Shown here: in pieces, positions 1 through 10,812 of the stretch
Layout: every line of letters starts with the position of its first letter
How positions within the stretch are numbered: the stretch's first letter is position 1
Program-made: the position numbers and the translations under genes
The notes under the pieces: generated by a model
What the model was told of the DNA's origin: nothing
What the model saw: the letters and a program-made list of their open reading frames with translations, nothing else
Database searches by the model: none
NCBI GenBank assembly: GCA_951406725.2
Contig: OX597814.1
Coordinates: 139,252,001 to 139,316,000 of the forward strand
Direction: 5' to 3'
Source: Octopus vulgaris
Lineage: Eukaryota
DNA length: 64,000 bases

Positions 1-882
1 CCTAATCGCTTCTGCTTTTACTGCTCTCTTGAGGGCAAACCACCATTTGTTGTTGATGATGGCTCCCGTCAAAGCCCTCTTTACTAGTGTGCTAATCCGG
101 TCTCTGAAAACTTGTCTCGATGGGAAAGACGCGTTTAGTTTCCAGTATCCGGGACCCTGCCTAAGTGTCTTACCTAAGTCTAGCGTACATGTCACAAGTT
201 TGTGATCCGTGTAGCTGACTATGTGGAATTGTGGACATCCTATGCTATCTCTATCTACTGTCCTACACAGTATCCTATCTAGATACGATCTCGATGACCC
301 GATGCGGTTGCTCCATGTCCACGTTGGCGCATTCGGGTGGTCTAGTCGGAACCTGTCAGACAGTTGAAAGCGTCTGAGCAGGTCTCTGAGGCATTTGCAT
401 CCCCGTCTATTCCTATCTCTACCCACGTAGTCTACATGCGTGTCCAAGGTAGCATTCCAATCCCCCACTAAGAGTAAAGGACGAGACGTTCCCAAGAAAA
501 CTTCTAGACGTTGAAAGAAATCCGCCCGACCTGTTAAGGGCGGTGCGTAAACTGATACGAGTCGAAAAGCGCACCCATTGCTGCCGTCGACATCCAGGAC
601 GACCAGTCTACCCTCCGGGTCTACGAATATTGTCCTTACTTTGAGATCCAGACTCTTGTGAAAAAGTACCGCGGTGCCACTACCGCCCATTCTCGGCAGA
701 CAGGGGGAAAAATAAATGTTGAACTGTCCGCCAAACATGGTCTTTAGGGCCCGCGGATTGTGGAGTCTGGTCTCGCTTATGGCTATGATTTCTAACTTAT
801 GTGACTTTATGTCATTTAAGAGGTACCCTTGTTTCCAAGGGGACCCCAAGCCACGCGCATTTACACAACCAATCTTGATCAT
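1..882 (-). CDS. L1/Tx1-clade LINE ORF2, N-terminal APE endonuclease (continues beyond window start)
   Basis: Hand translation from ATG at 882 gives 294 codons with no stop: MIKIGCVNARGL...ISETRL...DPEGRLV...VSVYAP...LVGDWNA...TWTW...YLDRI...TDHKLV...GPGYWKLNAS. All main APE motifs plus the L1/Tx1-type WKLN motif are present. It is missing from the ORF track because there is no stop in the window. Confidence 0.93.
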   Translation of the reverse strand, partial: MIKIGCVNARGLGSPWKQGYLLNDIKSHKLEIIAISETRLHNPRALKTMFGGQFNIYFSPCLPRMGGSGTAVLFHKSLDLKVRTIFVDPEGRLVVLDVDGSNGCAFRLVSVYAPPLTGRADFFQRLEVFLGTSRPLLLVGDWNATLDTHVDYVGRDRNRRGCKCLRDLLRRFQLSDRFRLDHPNAPTWTWSNRIGSSRSYLDRILCRTVDRDSIGCPQFHIVSYTDHKLVTCTLDLGKTLRQGPGYWKLNASFPSRQVFRDRISTLVKRALTGAIINNKWWFALKRAVKAEAIR

Positions 883-913
883 AGTTCTAATGAATTAGAA
901 TACAGAGGGTTAC

Positions 914-2104
914 TTACTGCTCGAAAGTTTTTGCTTTCTCCTCCGTTGGTTTGTCCTCGAGAAGATCCCAGTACAGTTTCTTTGTGAGATATTTTTGGCA
1001 TTTACCAACCGCACTGGGGAAAATGCCTTTGAGTGTGTGGTGCAGACTTTTGGAGATGTGTAATATTTTGATGTGGTCTGGTGGTGTTGTGTATGGGTGA
1101 TTGTTTGTTTTTATGTCATCTTCTGTTATGTTTGTTTTTGATTGGATGTATTCCATTAAATTTGTGTTTTTGGTGTCTATGGCTGTGAGCATGTTTGCTG
1201 TATATGTTTTTGTGGTGTTGGTGTGGCTGTTGTTTGCGTTGGGTTTTGAAATGTCTTCGGGAGATGTATTTCCCCCTGCTTTGTTCGTGTTTGCATTTGG
1301 TTTGGTTGTGTTTCTGCTCTTTATTTTCCTTCTTTTTGTAGCTATTTGCCATTCCTCACTGGTTTCGTCTTCCGACGAAATTTCTGAGGAATCAGAAGGG
1401 GGTAGGGGTATGTTGTGGGCTTCTATGTATGTCTGTGTAAGTGGTTGTGTTGTTGTTTTCGTTGTTGTTGGTTGTTGAGTGTTTGTGTGTGTTGAGTGCG
1501 GTATAAGGGATGGGGGATCAGTTTGTGTGTGTTTTCTTTGTTTTTCTGTTCCTTTGGGTTTTGCTGTTGTTGGTGGTGTTGGTATTTTTCCAGGTGTTGA
1601 GTGGTTTTTGGTTGATGACGGATTAGCTTGGTGTGCTTCTCTTGTCGTCTTCTGTGTTGATGGTGGTGTGGGTAGTAGAGCTTTTTTTCCGGAGTGCTTT
1701 GGTTGTGGTAGTGGTTGTTGTTGTTGCTCTTGGTGTGCAGTGGTTGGGCACGTCTTTTTCAAGTGTGTTTCGCTTCCACACAAATAGCAGCGTGGTCGCC
1801 TGCCCTCAACCACTATATAGAGTTTGTAGCCTCCTGGCAGTTCTATAGAGGTGGGTATCTTCTCTCTTGTTGCTTCATCCAATTGAAGCAGGAATTCGAT
1901 TGATTTGCCCACATAGTCTTTCTCTCCTAGAACCGCGATTTCCAGGATGTTTGTCTCTGACATTGTCTCTGACATTTCAAAGCAGATGGCAGAGACCAAC
2001 CATTGTGTTTCGACATCAAATGGTATGTTTTTTATTTGGACTTTCGTGACCCTTTTGTTTAAATAGACTGGTATCATTACCAAGTCGTCCGAATGTAGCT
2101 CCAA
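914..2104 (-). CDS. LINE ORF1 (gag-like, CCHC zinc knuckle), 5' start probably lost
   Basis: 396-aa ORF with CYLCGSETHLKKTC (CX2CX4HX4C) and a T/Q/P-rich linker. It ends 31 nt upstream of ORF2. The frame stays open upstream to about 2305 with no ATG. Confidence 0.88.
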   Translation of the reverse strand: MELHSDDLVMIPVYLNKRVTKVQIKNIPFDVETQWLVSAICFEMSETMSETNILEIAVLGEKDYVGKSIEFLLQLDEATREKIPTSIELPGGYKLYIVVEGRRPRCYLCGSETHLKKTCPTTAHQEQQQQPLPQPKHSGKKALLPTPPSTQKTTREAHQANPSSTKNHSTPGKIPTPPTTAKPKGTEKQRKHTQTDPPSLIPHSTHTNTQQPTTTKTTTQPLTQTYIEAHNIPLPPSDSSEISSEDETSEEWQIATKRRKIKSRNTTKPNANTNKAGGNTSPEDISKPNANNSHTNTTKTYTANMLTAIDTKNTNLMEYIQSKTNITEDDIKTNNHPYTTPPDHIKILHISKSLHHTLKGIFPSAVGKCQKYLTKKLYWDLLEDKPTEEKAKTFEQ

Positions 2105-2306
2105 TGTGGAAAAACGTTTTGCTAAACTTTCGTTGAGGAAACGTACTTGGACTGTACCAAATTTGTTTCCCCAACTGATATATTCCTTGGAGTCCCATGC
2201 AGGACGAAGGCATTTTTCGATTTTTTCCTGCGGTGCATTTTCTGTTCTTCTTGTTTTTTTGTTTATTACTTTATAAATTATTGTTTTTTTTTTTTGTGTT
2301 TTCCAC

Positions 2307-2734
<428 letters not shown>

Positions 2735-3489
2735 AAATCAATGACGATTATATATCATATATTATTTCTTAAATTAAAATATATATATGTAATTTATAGT
2801 GTCTTTCTTTTTTTTTTTCTTTTTCTTTGTACAATTAAGTCCAGGTAAAAGTACAAACGTCTCGAATCTTCGCCGGCGCAATTCCGATTTTGCTCTTTTT
2901 CAGCGTTGGGATCGTAGAAAGAACGAAAACCTTAATGATTCTTCGATTGTATATTTATTACAAGACTGCATCCTTATTACTTATCGACTTAGATCTTTAA
3001 TGTAGGCAGGATTCTAATGTCTACCTTATAGAAAAGTTTGTCTTTATTTCGTTTATCACAAAATATTACAACTGTAAGGGAAACGTAACTCAGTTACCAA
3101 ATGAAGTTTATATTAACTATTTTCTATTTGTCTTCGCAAAAGAATTTCCTCCATTAATTTTCTTATCTATTTCTATCGAATAAAAAAAATACATTTTTAT
3201 AACAAGGTTTGGGCTTCGATTACATATATAACACTATCACAGGCTAATAACTGATCCTCTTGCGGACACTTGAACTGCTAGAAATAGCAGGTAAATCTCC
3301 TTCGAACTAGTGTTCCACCGTTTTAAAAGGAGAAGACAAATTAGATAATGCAGTCCTCAGTGCCTCTTAAGGAAAGAAATCGTGAAGATTGAATAGACGA
3401 TATTGAACACACAATCAGGATTTATGTCCGCCTAAGCAATAAGTACAACATAACTGTCCACATATCACTAAATTGTATCCCCAAAAAAT

Positions 3490-3567
<78 letters not shown>

Positions 3568-3653
3568 AGAAGGTTGAAAAGGAACACACTAGTTGGTATA
3601 TATGGAAAAATGTCAAGGTAGAAAATGCTAAAATAATTTTGTAAAAAACATTT

Positions 3654-3689
3654 CAGTACCGGTTTCAGTCATTGAGACTTTTTCAACTG
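3654..3689 (-). ncRNA. Minimal type I hammerhead ribozyme motif, U3-A8 variant
   Basis: Reverse complement reads CAG-TTGAAAA-AGTC-tcaat-GACT-GAAA-CCGG-TA-CTG. Confidence 0.65.
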
Positions 3690-3855
3690 TAAGTATGGAA
3701 AACAATTAAATTTTGGAAAAATTAAAAGAAAAGTTTTTTAAAGAATATTTGCCTGGTATTCATATACAAGGGGCATTTTCCTTGTTTCTGCCTGTTTCTG
3801 TCTCTTTTGTTTACTCTTGTGGGTTCGAGGTCGTTGTGAATTCTTTCCATACTTA

Positions 3856-3891
3856 CAGTTGAAAAAGTCTCAATGACTGAAACCGGTACTG
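3856..3891 (+). ncRNA. Minimal type I hammerhead ribozyme motif, U3-A8 variant
   Basis: CAG-TTGAAAA-AGTC-tcaat-GACT-GAAA-CCGG-TA-CTG: stem I CAG/CTG, stem II 4 bp, palindromic stem III ACCGGT, GUA cleavage triplet. Confidence 0.68.
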
Positions 3892-3938
3892 AAATGTTTT
3901 TATAAAATTATTTTACCATTTTCTACCTTGGCTTTTTT

Positions 3939-4009
<71 letters not shown>

Positions 4010-4011
<2 letters not shown>

Positions 4012-4468
4012 AAAAGGTTTTGAAAATGCAGAGGTCTTTTAAAGATGTTTATTGACTTGACCAGTTTCACTTTTTTAAAAAACGATTTTCAAAAGGAAAA
4101 TGTAAGGCTTTGTGTAGCCTTTGTTGTGTTAAAAATGGTTATAATAGTTGTATTAATATAGCTATACATTTTCTAGAAATAGCAACCATCCCTTAAACAC
4201 ACATACACTGGAGATGAAGGAAGGTTGATCATTCTCCTAAATTTCTGTATAAGTACTTAAATATGATTCTTTCTGTATATATGCTTCTTTACAATCATGA
4301 ACTTAAAATAATTATGAATTTATTTTACTACCTATTTTGAACATTTATGTAAACTGTTTTCTTATCATTATCAAAAATTGTATAACTGTATTTTAATACA
4401 ACTATGGTAACCATTTTTTAAGACAACAAAGGCTACACAAAGCCTCAGCTTTTTCTTTTGAAAATCTA
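4010..4468. mobile_element. Second foldback element with a decayed U3-A8 hammerhead in the left arm (4056-4095, minus), flanked by (TA)n
   Basis: About 4086-4168 is inverted relative to about 4379-4468. The minus strand reads CTT-TTGAAAA...GAAACTGGTC-AAG followed by AATAAA. Confidence 0.62.
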
Positions 4469-4905
4469 TTTATATATATATATATAGTGGGATATACCAT
4501 CCACGGAAATACGGACAAACCTCCATATCCTCCGGAACTATCTTTATTCTTCTATATACTGTGAATTCTGTCTGGAATTTTCCTGCATATACACCTTGTC
4601 TCCGGTAACGGAATACCCAGTGTATGAGGATGTCGACCTATTACCTGGAATATCCCAGAAACACCTGTAAGGCATTACTTACATCTACTTTTTTTTATTC
4701 ACCTTACTCTAATTAAATATTCTAAATGACCTGAGATGCTCGTCCTGCCTTGGTTTTCTTTTCCTTTTCCGTTGTTCTCTTTTAGAGAGACTTAGTAATT
4801 TTAATATTTCTATTATTGAAAACAAGTGGATGTATTCCACCGAAGCTAGGTAAATAAAACCTTTGAACAGAGATTGTCAGAAGCGACACCTACTGGTCTG
4901 GCTAC

Positions 4906-4947
4906 GCTGCATTGAAAAGGGGCAATACCCCGAAACGCGTCTGTAGC
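4906..4947 (+). ncRNA. Type I hammerhead ribozyme, U3-A8 variant (copy 1)
   Basis: GCTGCA-TTGAAAA-GGGG-caata-CCCC-GAAA-CGCG-TC-TGTAGC: 6-bp stem I, 4-bp GC stem II, palindromic ACGCGT, GUC cleavage after 4941. Confidence 0.8.
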
Positions 4948-5270
4948 TGCCGGCCAAGTAGTGTGGAGCGACTGACCTCCCTTGTTCAAAGGTTATATGG
5001 ATATACAGTTTGTGTATCAAATAGCTAACTTAAGGCGATGGCCTCATGGAGCTAATAAGCGGTCAGCTTTATTCTTATTTTTATAAGAATGCCATATTAG
5101 TATGGCGATAACTAATATTTTCCGGGAACGCTGCCGTTGTTCTCTTTTAGAGAGACTTAGTAATTTTAATATTTCTATTATTGAAAACAAGTGGATGTAT
5201 TCCACCGAAGCTAGGTAAATAAAACCTTTGAACAGAGATTGTCAGAAGCGACACCTACTGGTCTGGCTAC

Positions 5271-5312
5271 GCTGCATTGAAAAGGGGCAATACCCCGAAA
5301 CGCGTCTGTAGC
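5271..5312 (+). ncRNA. Type I hammerhead ribozyme, U3-A8 variant (copy 2)
   Basis: Identical to 4906-4947; predicted cleavage after 5306. Confidence 0.8.
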
Positions 5313-5479
5313 TGCCGGCCAAGTAGTGTGGAGCGACTGACCTCCCTTGTTCAAAGGTTATATGGATACAGTTTGTGTATCAAATAGCTAACTTAAGGCG
5401 ATGGCCTCATGGAGCTAATAAGCGGTCAGCTTTATTCTTATTTTTATAAGAATGCCATATTAGTATGGCGATAACTAAT

Positions 5480-5509
5480 GTATATATGTATATATATATA
5501 TATATATAT

Positions 5510-5583
<74 letters not shown>

Positions 5584-5625
5584 TATATACACACGTACAT
5601 ACTTATAAATATATATATTAATGTA

Positions 5626-5676
<51 letters not shown>
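5480..5676. repeat. (TA)n/(GATA)n microsatellites
   Basis: Direct reading. Confidence 0.95.
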
Positions 5677-5679
<3 letters not shown>

Positions 5680-7420
5680 GAAATTTGTTACAAAAAGAAA
5701 ATATAAAATGCACGTGGAAATGTAAGAGTAAAATATGAAAAATCAACGAAAATGCACATTGCAAATTAAAAAAGGCTTTTTATGACAGGTAACGACAAAT
5801 ATATACAAATATATTAGATGGACTGAGGTGGTCATAAGAGTCATAAAAGTCATTATTATGAGATGATTATAAGATGATAATAAAGTAAGAAAACAAAGCG
5901 AACCATGGTTTCCGTAAATCTATTCATCGCTTTGAAAAAACCGGCTAATACACGGTGTCAGGTCTGATAGTTCCTGAGAAAAAAAGATTATATGTAAGGG
6001 AGGTAAGTAATTCTGGATTTAGAGATGTAAGTGGTGTAGGAAGTGTATAGGGGTTAGTGGTTTCAATTGAAGAGTTAGTGGTGTTCTGTATTGAGTTATG
6101 TGTTCATATTTAGTTGGGGGAGATATTTATTGATGAAAAATGCCTCTTTATTCAACCTTTGTTGAATTGTGGTGTTCTGTGAACATTGATAAAAGGGAAA
6201 GATTTGGAAATTGGGATTAAGATTCCTGGCACACCTTTCTATGTGTTCACTCACCTTTAACTGTCTGTATTGTGGGTGGCAGATTTGCTCTTTGTGAATG
6301 GTGGTTCTTTGACGGAGCGAAATTCCTGTTTGTCCAATATAGAGTTTACCACATCTTATGCATGTCATGACATAGATTACATTTACTGAGGCGGAGGTGA
6401 AATTTGATTTGATCTTAAATATTTCTCCCTGTTTGAAGGGAAATTCTGAACCCTCCAGAAGGTGGGGGCATGTTCCACAGTTTGTACGTCCACATTTTGT
6501 CACTTTTGGCTCTGTTGTTAGTGGATACAGTCTAGCGCTGGTTAATATTTTTTCCAGTGACTTCGGTTGCTTTTTGCTTTTTATAATCTTATATGAGCTT
6601 AAAATTTCGTTCATTGTTTTGTCTGCTGTGAGGATGGGAAGATTTTGGGTGATGATGTTGAAGGCTTCGTTGTTTCTAGGGTTATGAGTGGAAATGTATG
6701 GGAGTATTTTTAAGTCTTGTTTAGTATTTCGGCTAGTTTTCCTTAACATTTGTATATCTATTTCCTTAGCTCTTTTGATGCCTTCATTTACTAATGAGAT
6801 TGGGTAATGTCTTTTAGTTAGTGTAGATCTAAGTTCAAGGAGTCTTTGTTCTCGAGTATATGTATCGGAAACTATGGTGCAGATTCTTTTCGCTTGGTTA
6901 AAGGGTATGTTGATTTCTATGTGTTTGGGGTGGCAGGAGTTAAATAATAGGTATTGTTTAGAATCTGTGGGTTTATAAAAGATGTCTGTTTCTATGTGGT
7001 TGTTAACTATTCTAATTAAGATGTCTAGAAAAGGGAGTTGTTTACTGTTGTGTTCCATAGTGAATTGTATATTGCTGTGTATGCTGTTGAACATTCTTTT
7101 GAAATCAAGGAGTTGATCCATGCTGTCTTTCCAATGTATGAATCAATCATCCAAATGTCTCTTCCAGTTCTCCTTTAAGTAGCAATTAAAAGAGGCACCA
7201 TATTTTTCTAGTGATGATTGGTATAACTTGAGTTCGAGGTAACCCATTACGAGGTTTGCAATCACTGGAGCAGCTCTAGTTCCCATTGCAATTCCACATT
7301 TTTGTCTATAGTAAGTAGTATCGAACAAGAAATGATTGTTTAGCAGGATGAATTTCAGTGCTTCAATTATAAAATTGTGATTTATGCGTCCTGGGATCTC
7401 TTCTGGGTATTTTTCTCTGT
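5677..7420 (-). mobile_element. Penelope-like retroelement (Neptune-like), 5'-truncated
   Basis: RT motifs YRQKCGIAMGTRAAPVIANL and WKRHLDD* (premature stop), LPFLDI, DIFYKPTD, then a CxxxxCxxC linker and GIY-YIG. The 3' UTR runs into (TA)n. Confidence 0.9.
6096..7121 (-). pseudogene. Penelope-like RT C-terminus + GIY-YIG endonuclease
   Basis: 341-aa ORF: SCHPKH..NIPF, CGRTNCGTC, NVIYVMTCIRCGKLYIGQTG..LRQR...H, KEAFFI...PQLN. Confidence 0.9.
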
Positions 7421-7508
7421 CATATGCCCACGAGCTACTAACCCCAAGATTCCGAGTTCGATTCCAAGCAGCGACCTGAACAACAACACCACCAACAACA
7501 ACAACACC

Positions 7509-7606
<98 letters not shown>

Positions 7607-7785
7607 TAATAATAACAATAATAATAATAATAATAATAACATCGAAAAAGACCTTAAGAATGAGAACCCAGGTTCGAAATTTCCCCAAGAAGAAGAAGGC
7701 TGGAGGGTATATAAGCCGAAACGTTGTGTTAACAACAAACAAGATGAGGACAAATATCCGTCGAATGTAAATAATGTAAATAAAA
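7421..7785 (+). mobile_element. tRNA-headed SINE with internal (AAC/AAT)n and hammerhead remnant (copy 1)
   Basis: GCTACTAACCCCAAGATTCCGAGTTCGATTCC (B box), ...AAGGCTGGAGGGTATATAAGCCGAAACGTTGTGTT, tail AATGTAAAT repeats; homologous to 19741-19950. Confidence 0.82.
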
Positions 7786-8672
7786 TATTGTACTTACAAG
7801 TTAAAAACAGGTGTAAACTATTATATTAATACACATTTCGCAAATAACACAAGAATGTATTTTCCTACAAAGTTTACCCATGTACGCGAGAAATTTATTT
7901 ATATTATAGATGAATGTGGTGTATTGGTTTGTCTGAATATGTGTGTATAGGTTTGTCCAAATGTATATTTGTATGTATATTCATATATTAGTATAGACCA
8001 GTATATATATGGGTTAGATCTTATATATATGTAGTACCAGATAATGCTAGCATTAGTAATTTATGAAATGATTCTAAAAACACGCAATATTATCTCTTCA
8101 AAATTTCATCACCAGTAATCCGTATATTGAAAATATTCTTTGCTTCTCTTGTGTATATTTTCTGGCGTTTTTTTTTTGTTTTTACCTGTCTAATGATAAA
8201 ATACATTAGTTACTTTTTTTGTATATTAAATAAAATCGCAGACATAACAAAGTTTTTAAAAATCAGTTACCTAACACACTTTAATAATAGATAAGGCAGG
8301 TTGCCTTTGTAGCAGACTTTTCTAGAAACTAATTATTGTGTAATATTTGTGCCAACACGGTATCTTAAAGATAGCGTTTTCGCAGTGATATAATCTATTA
8401 TATACAGATTATTTAGTATATAATTTCACGTAAGAATAAGAAGATAAAAAGTAAAACAGCAACATACATGAAGTCGAGTTGCTAAATGAGAGCTGAAGGA
8501 TTGAGAATCACTAAAGTAGAGGAGTTCTCTTTGACAAAAAACATTTGTTGTTGCTTAGCGCCTAGTTAATCGTGACTGAGCAAACCTATTATGAAAGCCT
8601 TCTGACCATGACTATTCGGGGGTAAGGCTGTATGTGAAGAATTATCTAATACATCTCTCATTTTTTGAATTT

Positions 8673-8722
<50 letters not shown>

Positions 8723-8729
<7 letters not shown>

Positions 8730-8947
8730 TGAGTATAATTATAATTAGGGTTCAGCAAAATTTTGCTTCACCACATACCGAAATTTAGAAATAGCAGTTA
8801 AAACTATTTCACTAGAATAAGAAAATCTCCCAGACAGATTTTCTTATGGTAGTGAAATAGTTAGTTTTAACTGCTATTTCTAAATTTCGGTGTGTGGTGA
8901 AGCAAAATTTTGTTGAACCCTAATTATGATTATACTGATAATTATAA
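8723..8947. mobile_element. Near-perfect ~225-bp palindrome (foldback MITE-like) next to (TA)n
   Basis: aattagggttcagcaaaattttgcttcaccacataccgaaatttagaaatagcagttaaaac... is mirrored about ~8832. Confidence 0.85.
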
Positions 8948-9302
8948 AATTTTTATTTAAGTTTACCGATAGTGGTTCTTTTAAGATACCGAACTACTTG
9001 GAAAAATTATTAATTATTAACTAATTAATTAATTTTACCCTTTATTATTATTATTATTATATAATAATAATGTTTGTTTTTATGTTCAGTTATAATAAAA
9101 ATAATTTTACATTAATTTGTTGGGTTACGCTATACTTTTGTAGAATATAAATTTATTATTCTTAAACAGGAATGTTGTTGACGGTGACTTCGAAGTTCTG
9201 GCTTAGCTGGATAAAACGTCGACATCACTGTCAACAACATTCTTGTTTTGGGAAAATAAATATATATTGTACATTTATGTGTGTGCGCGCGCGTATGGGG
9301 GG

Positions 9303-9699
9303 AGGGCTCATGCGTAGCTGTGCGGTAAGAAGCTTGAGTGGCAGCTTGGGCAAGTGTCTTCTACTATAGCCTCGGGCCTATCAAAGCCGTGGGAGTGGAT
9401 TTGGTAGACGGAAACTGAAAGAAGCCCGTCGTGTATATATGTGTGTATACATTTGTGTGTGTGTGTGTGTGTGTCTTTGTGCCTGTGTTTGTCCTACCAA
9501 CCCCAACATCGCTTGACAACTGATGCTGGTGTGTTTATGTCCCCATAACTTAGCGGTTCGGCAAAACAGACAGATAAAATAAGTACTAGGCTTACAAAGA
9601 GTAAGTCTTAGGGTCGATTTCTTCAACTAAAACCTGTTAAGGTTGTGCTCCATCATGGCCGCAGTCAAATGACTGAAACAAGTAAAAGAATAAAAGAAT

Positions 9700-9700
<1 letters not shown>
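9303..9700 (+). mobile_element. CORE-like tRNA SINE (family A)
   Basis: cttgggcaagtgtcttctactatagcctcgggcc, internal (TG)n, tail gcagtcaaatgactgaaacaagtaaaagaat. Confidence 0.85.
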
Positions 9701-9777
<77 letters not shown>

Positions 9778-9814
9778 AAGATCTCCATTAGCAAAGTTAT
9801 TCATGTATTTGTAC

Positions 9815-10212
9815 ATGGAAAGTTCCTCTCCGAGACGTGAAATTTTTCGCACGAGAGTTCCGGACCCCAGTAATATTACCTAAGTATGGTAAAAATGTGG
9901 ATGGTAAAAATGTGGGTAGAGGGTGATGTGCGAGCAACCCTCTCCCCTTACTGTTTTACAAAGTAAACTACAACACAAATAACTACGCAGAGGCAACCAT
10001 AGTTGAAACAAGAACAAGATCAAGAAGCAGTATTAAAAGAGAAAAGAATCAAGGTCATTCATTGCCCAAGTGACCTTTTCTTATCGCTCATCACTTGTTA
10101 TGCGCTCATAAATTAGTTAGATAGTTGAGTTCTAATTGGCTGTATGCAAATGAGTTCATAACTGGGGTCCAGAAGTCTCGTGGGGAAAAAAACTCGCCTC
10201 TAGAATTGCCCA
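9815..10212. mobile_element. MITE with ~55-bp imperfect TIRs
   Basis: cacgagagttccggaccccagtaat (~9850-9875) is inverted relative to ataactggggtccagaagtctcgtg (~10158-10183). Confidence 0.6.
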
Positions 10213-10359
10213 TAAAACAAATATCTCTCTACGACACTGAAGCTGTCCACGTCAAAGGCAAGGTTGATACAGTTTGAGACTAGTGTCATTGACACGTTAT
10301 GTTCCGAGTTCAAATTCCGCAGAAGTCGACTTTGCCTTTAAGTCATTCTAAATCAATCA

Positions 10360-10812
10360 AATATTCTTTTCTACTCTAAGCACAAGGCCTGAAATTGTGG
10401 TGGAGGGAGCCAGTCGATTAGATTGACCCCTGTGTGCAACTGGTACGTAATTTATCGACCCCGAAAGAATGAAAGGCAAAGTAGATCTCGGCGGAATTTG
10501 AACTCAGAACGTAGCGGCGGACGAAATACCGCTAAGCATTTCGCCTGGCATGCAAACGTTCCTGCCAGCTCGTCGACTTCAATCAAATAAATATTTCTTT
10601 CTTTATTGCCCACAGTGGGCTAAACACAGGGGGGACAAACAAGGACAAACAAAGGTATTAAGTCGATTATATCGACCCCAGTGTAACTAGTACTTATTTA
10701 ATCGACCCCGAAAGATGAAAGTCAAAATCGACCTCGACGAAATTTGAATTCAGAACGTAAAGGCAGACGAAACACCGCTAAGCATTTCGCCCGGCGTGCT
10801 AATGTTTCTGGG
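10360..10812 (-). mobile_element. Two SINE family B copies (Deu/Nin-like central domain)
   Basis: Reverse of gagttcaaattccgccgaggtcgactttgcctttcatcctttcggggtcgataaa. A partial + copy lies at ~10270-10345. Confidence 0.85.

Larger units (their letters stand above)
1..2306 (-). mobile_element. L1/Tx1-clade non-LTR retrotransposon, 5' part
   Basis: ORF1-spacer-ORF2 organisation; the 5' boundary abuts a (GATA)n tract. Confidence 0.88.
3599..3945. mobile_element. Foldback element with ~105-bp inverted arms, each carrying a minimal hammerhead (Penelope pLTR-like)
   Basis: About 3599-3707 is the reverse complement of about 3839-3945; a (TA)n tract follows on the right. Confidence 0.8.
4769..5479 (+). 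repeat. Near-identical tandem duplication (period 365 bp), each unit with a hammerhead; pLTR/retrozyme-like
   Basis: ccgttgttctcttttagagagac... starts at 4769 and 5134. The units differ by about one 2-bp indel, and the block ends in (TA)n/(GATA)n. Confidence 0.93.

Noticed and set aside
1101-1787. Hydrophobic plus-strand ORFs
   Set aside because: Antisense shadows of the A/C-rich LINE ORF1.
7143-7829. ORFs with poly-Ile/Val/Leu/Asn read as membrane proteins
   Set aside because: Read-through of the SINE's (AAC/AAT)n; only about 7143-7420 is real Penelope RT.
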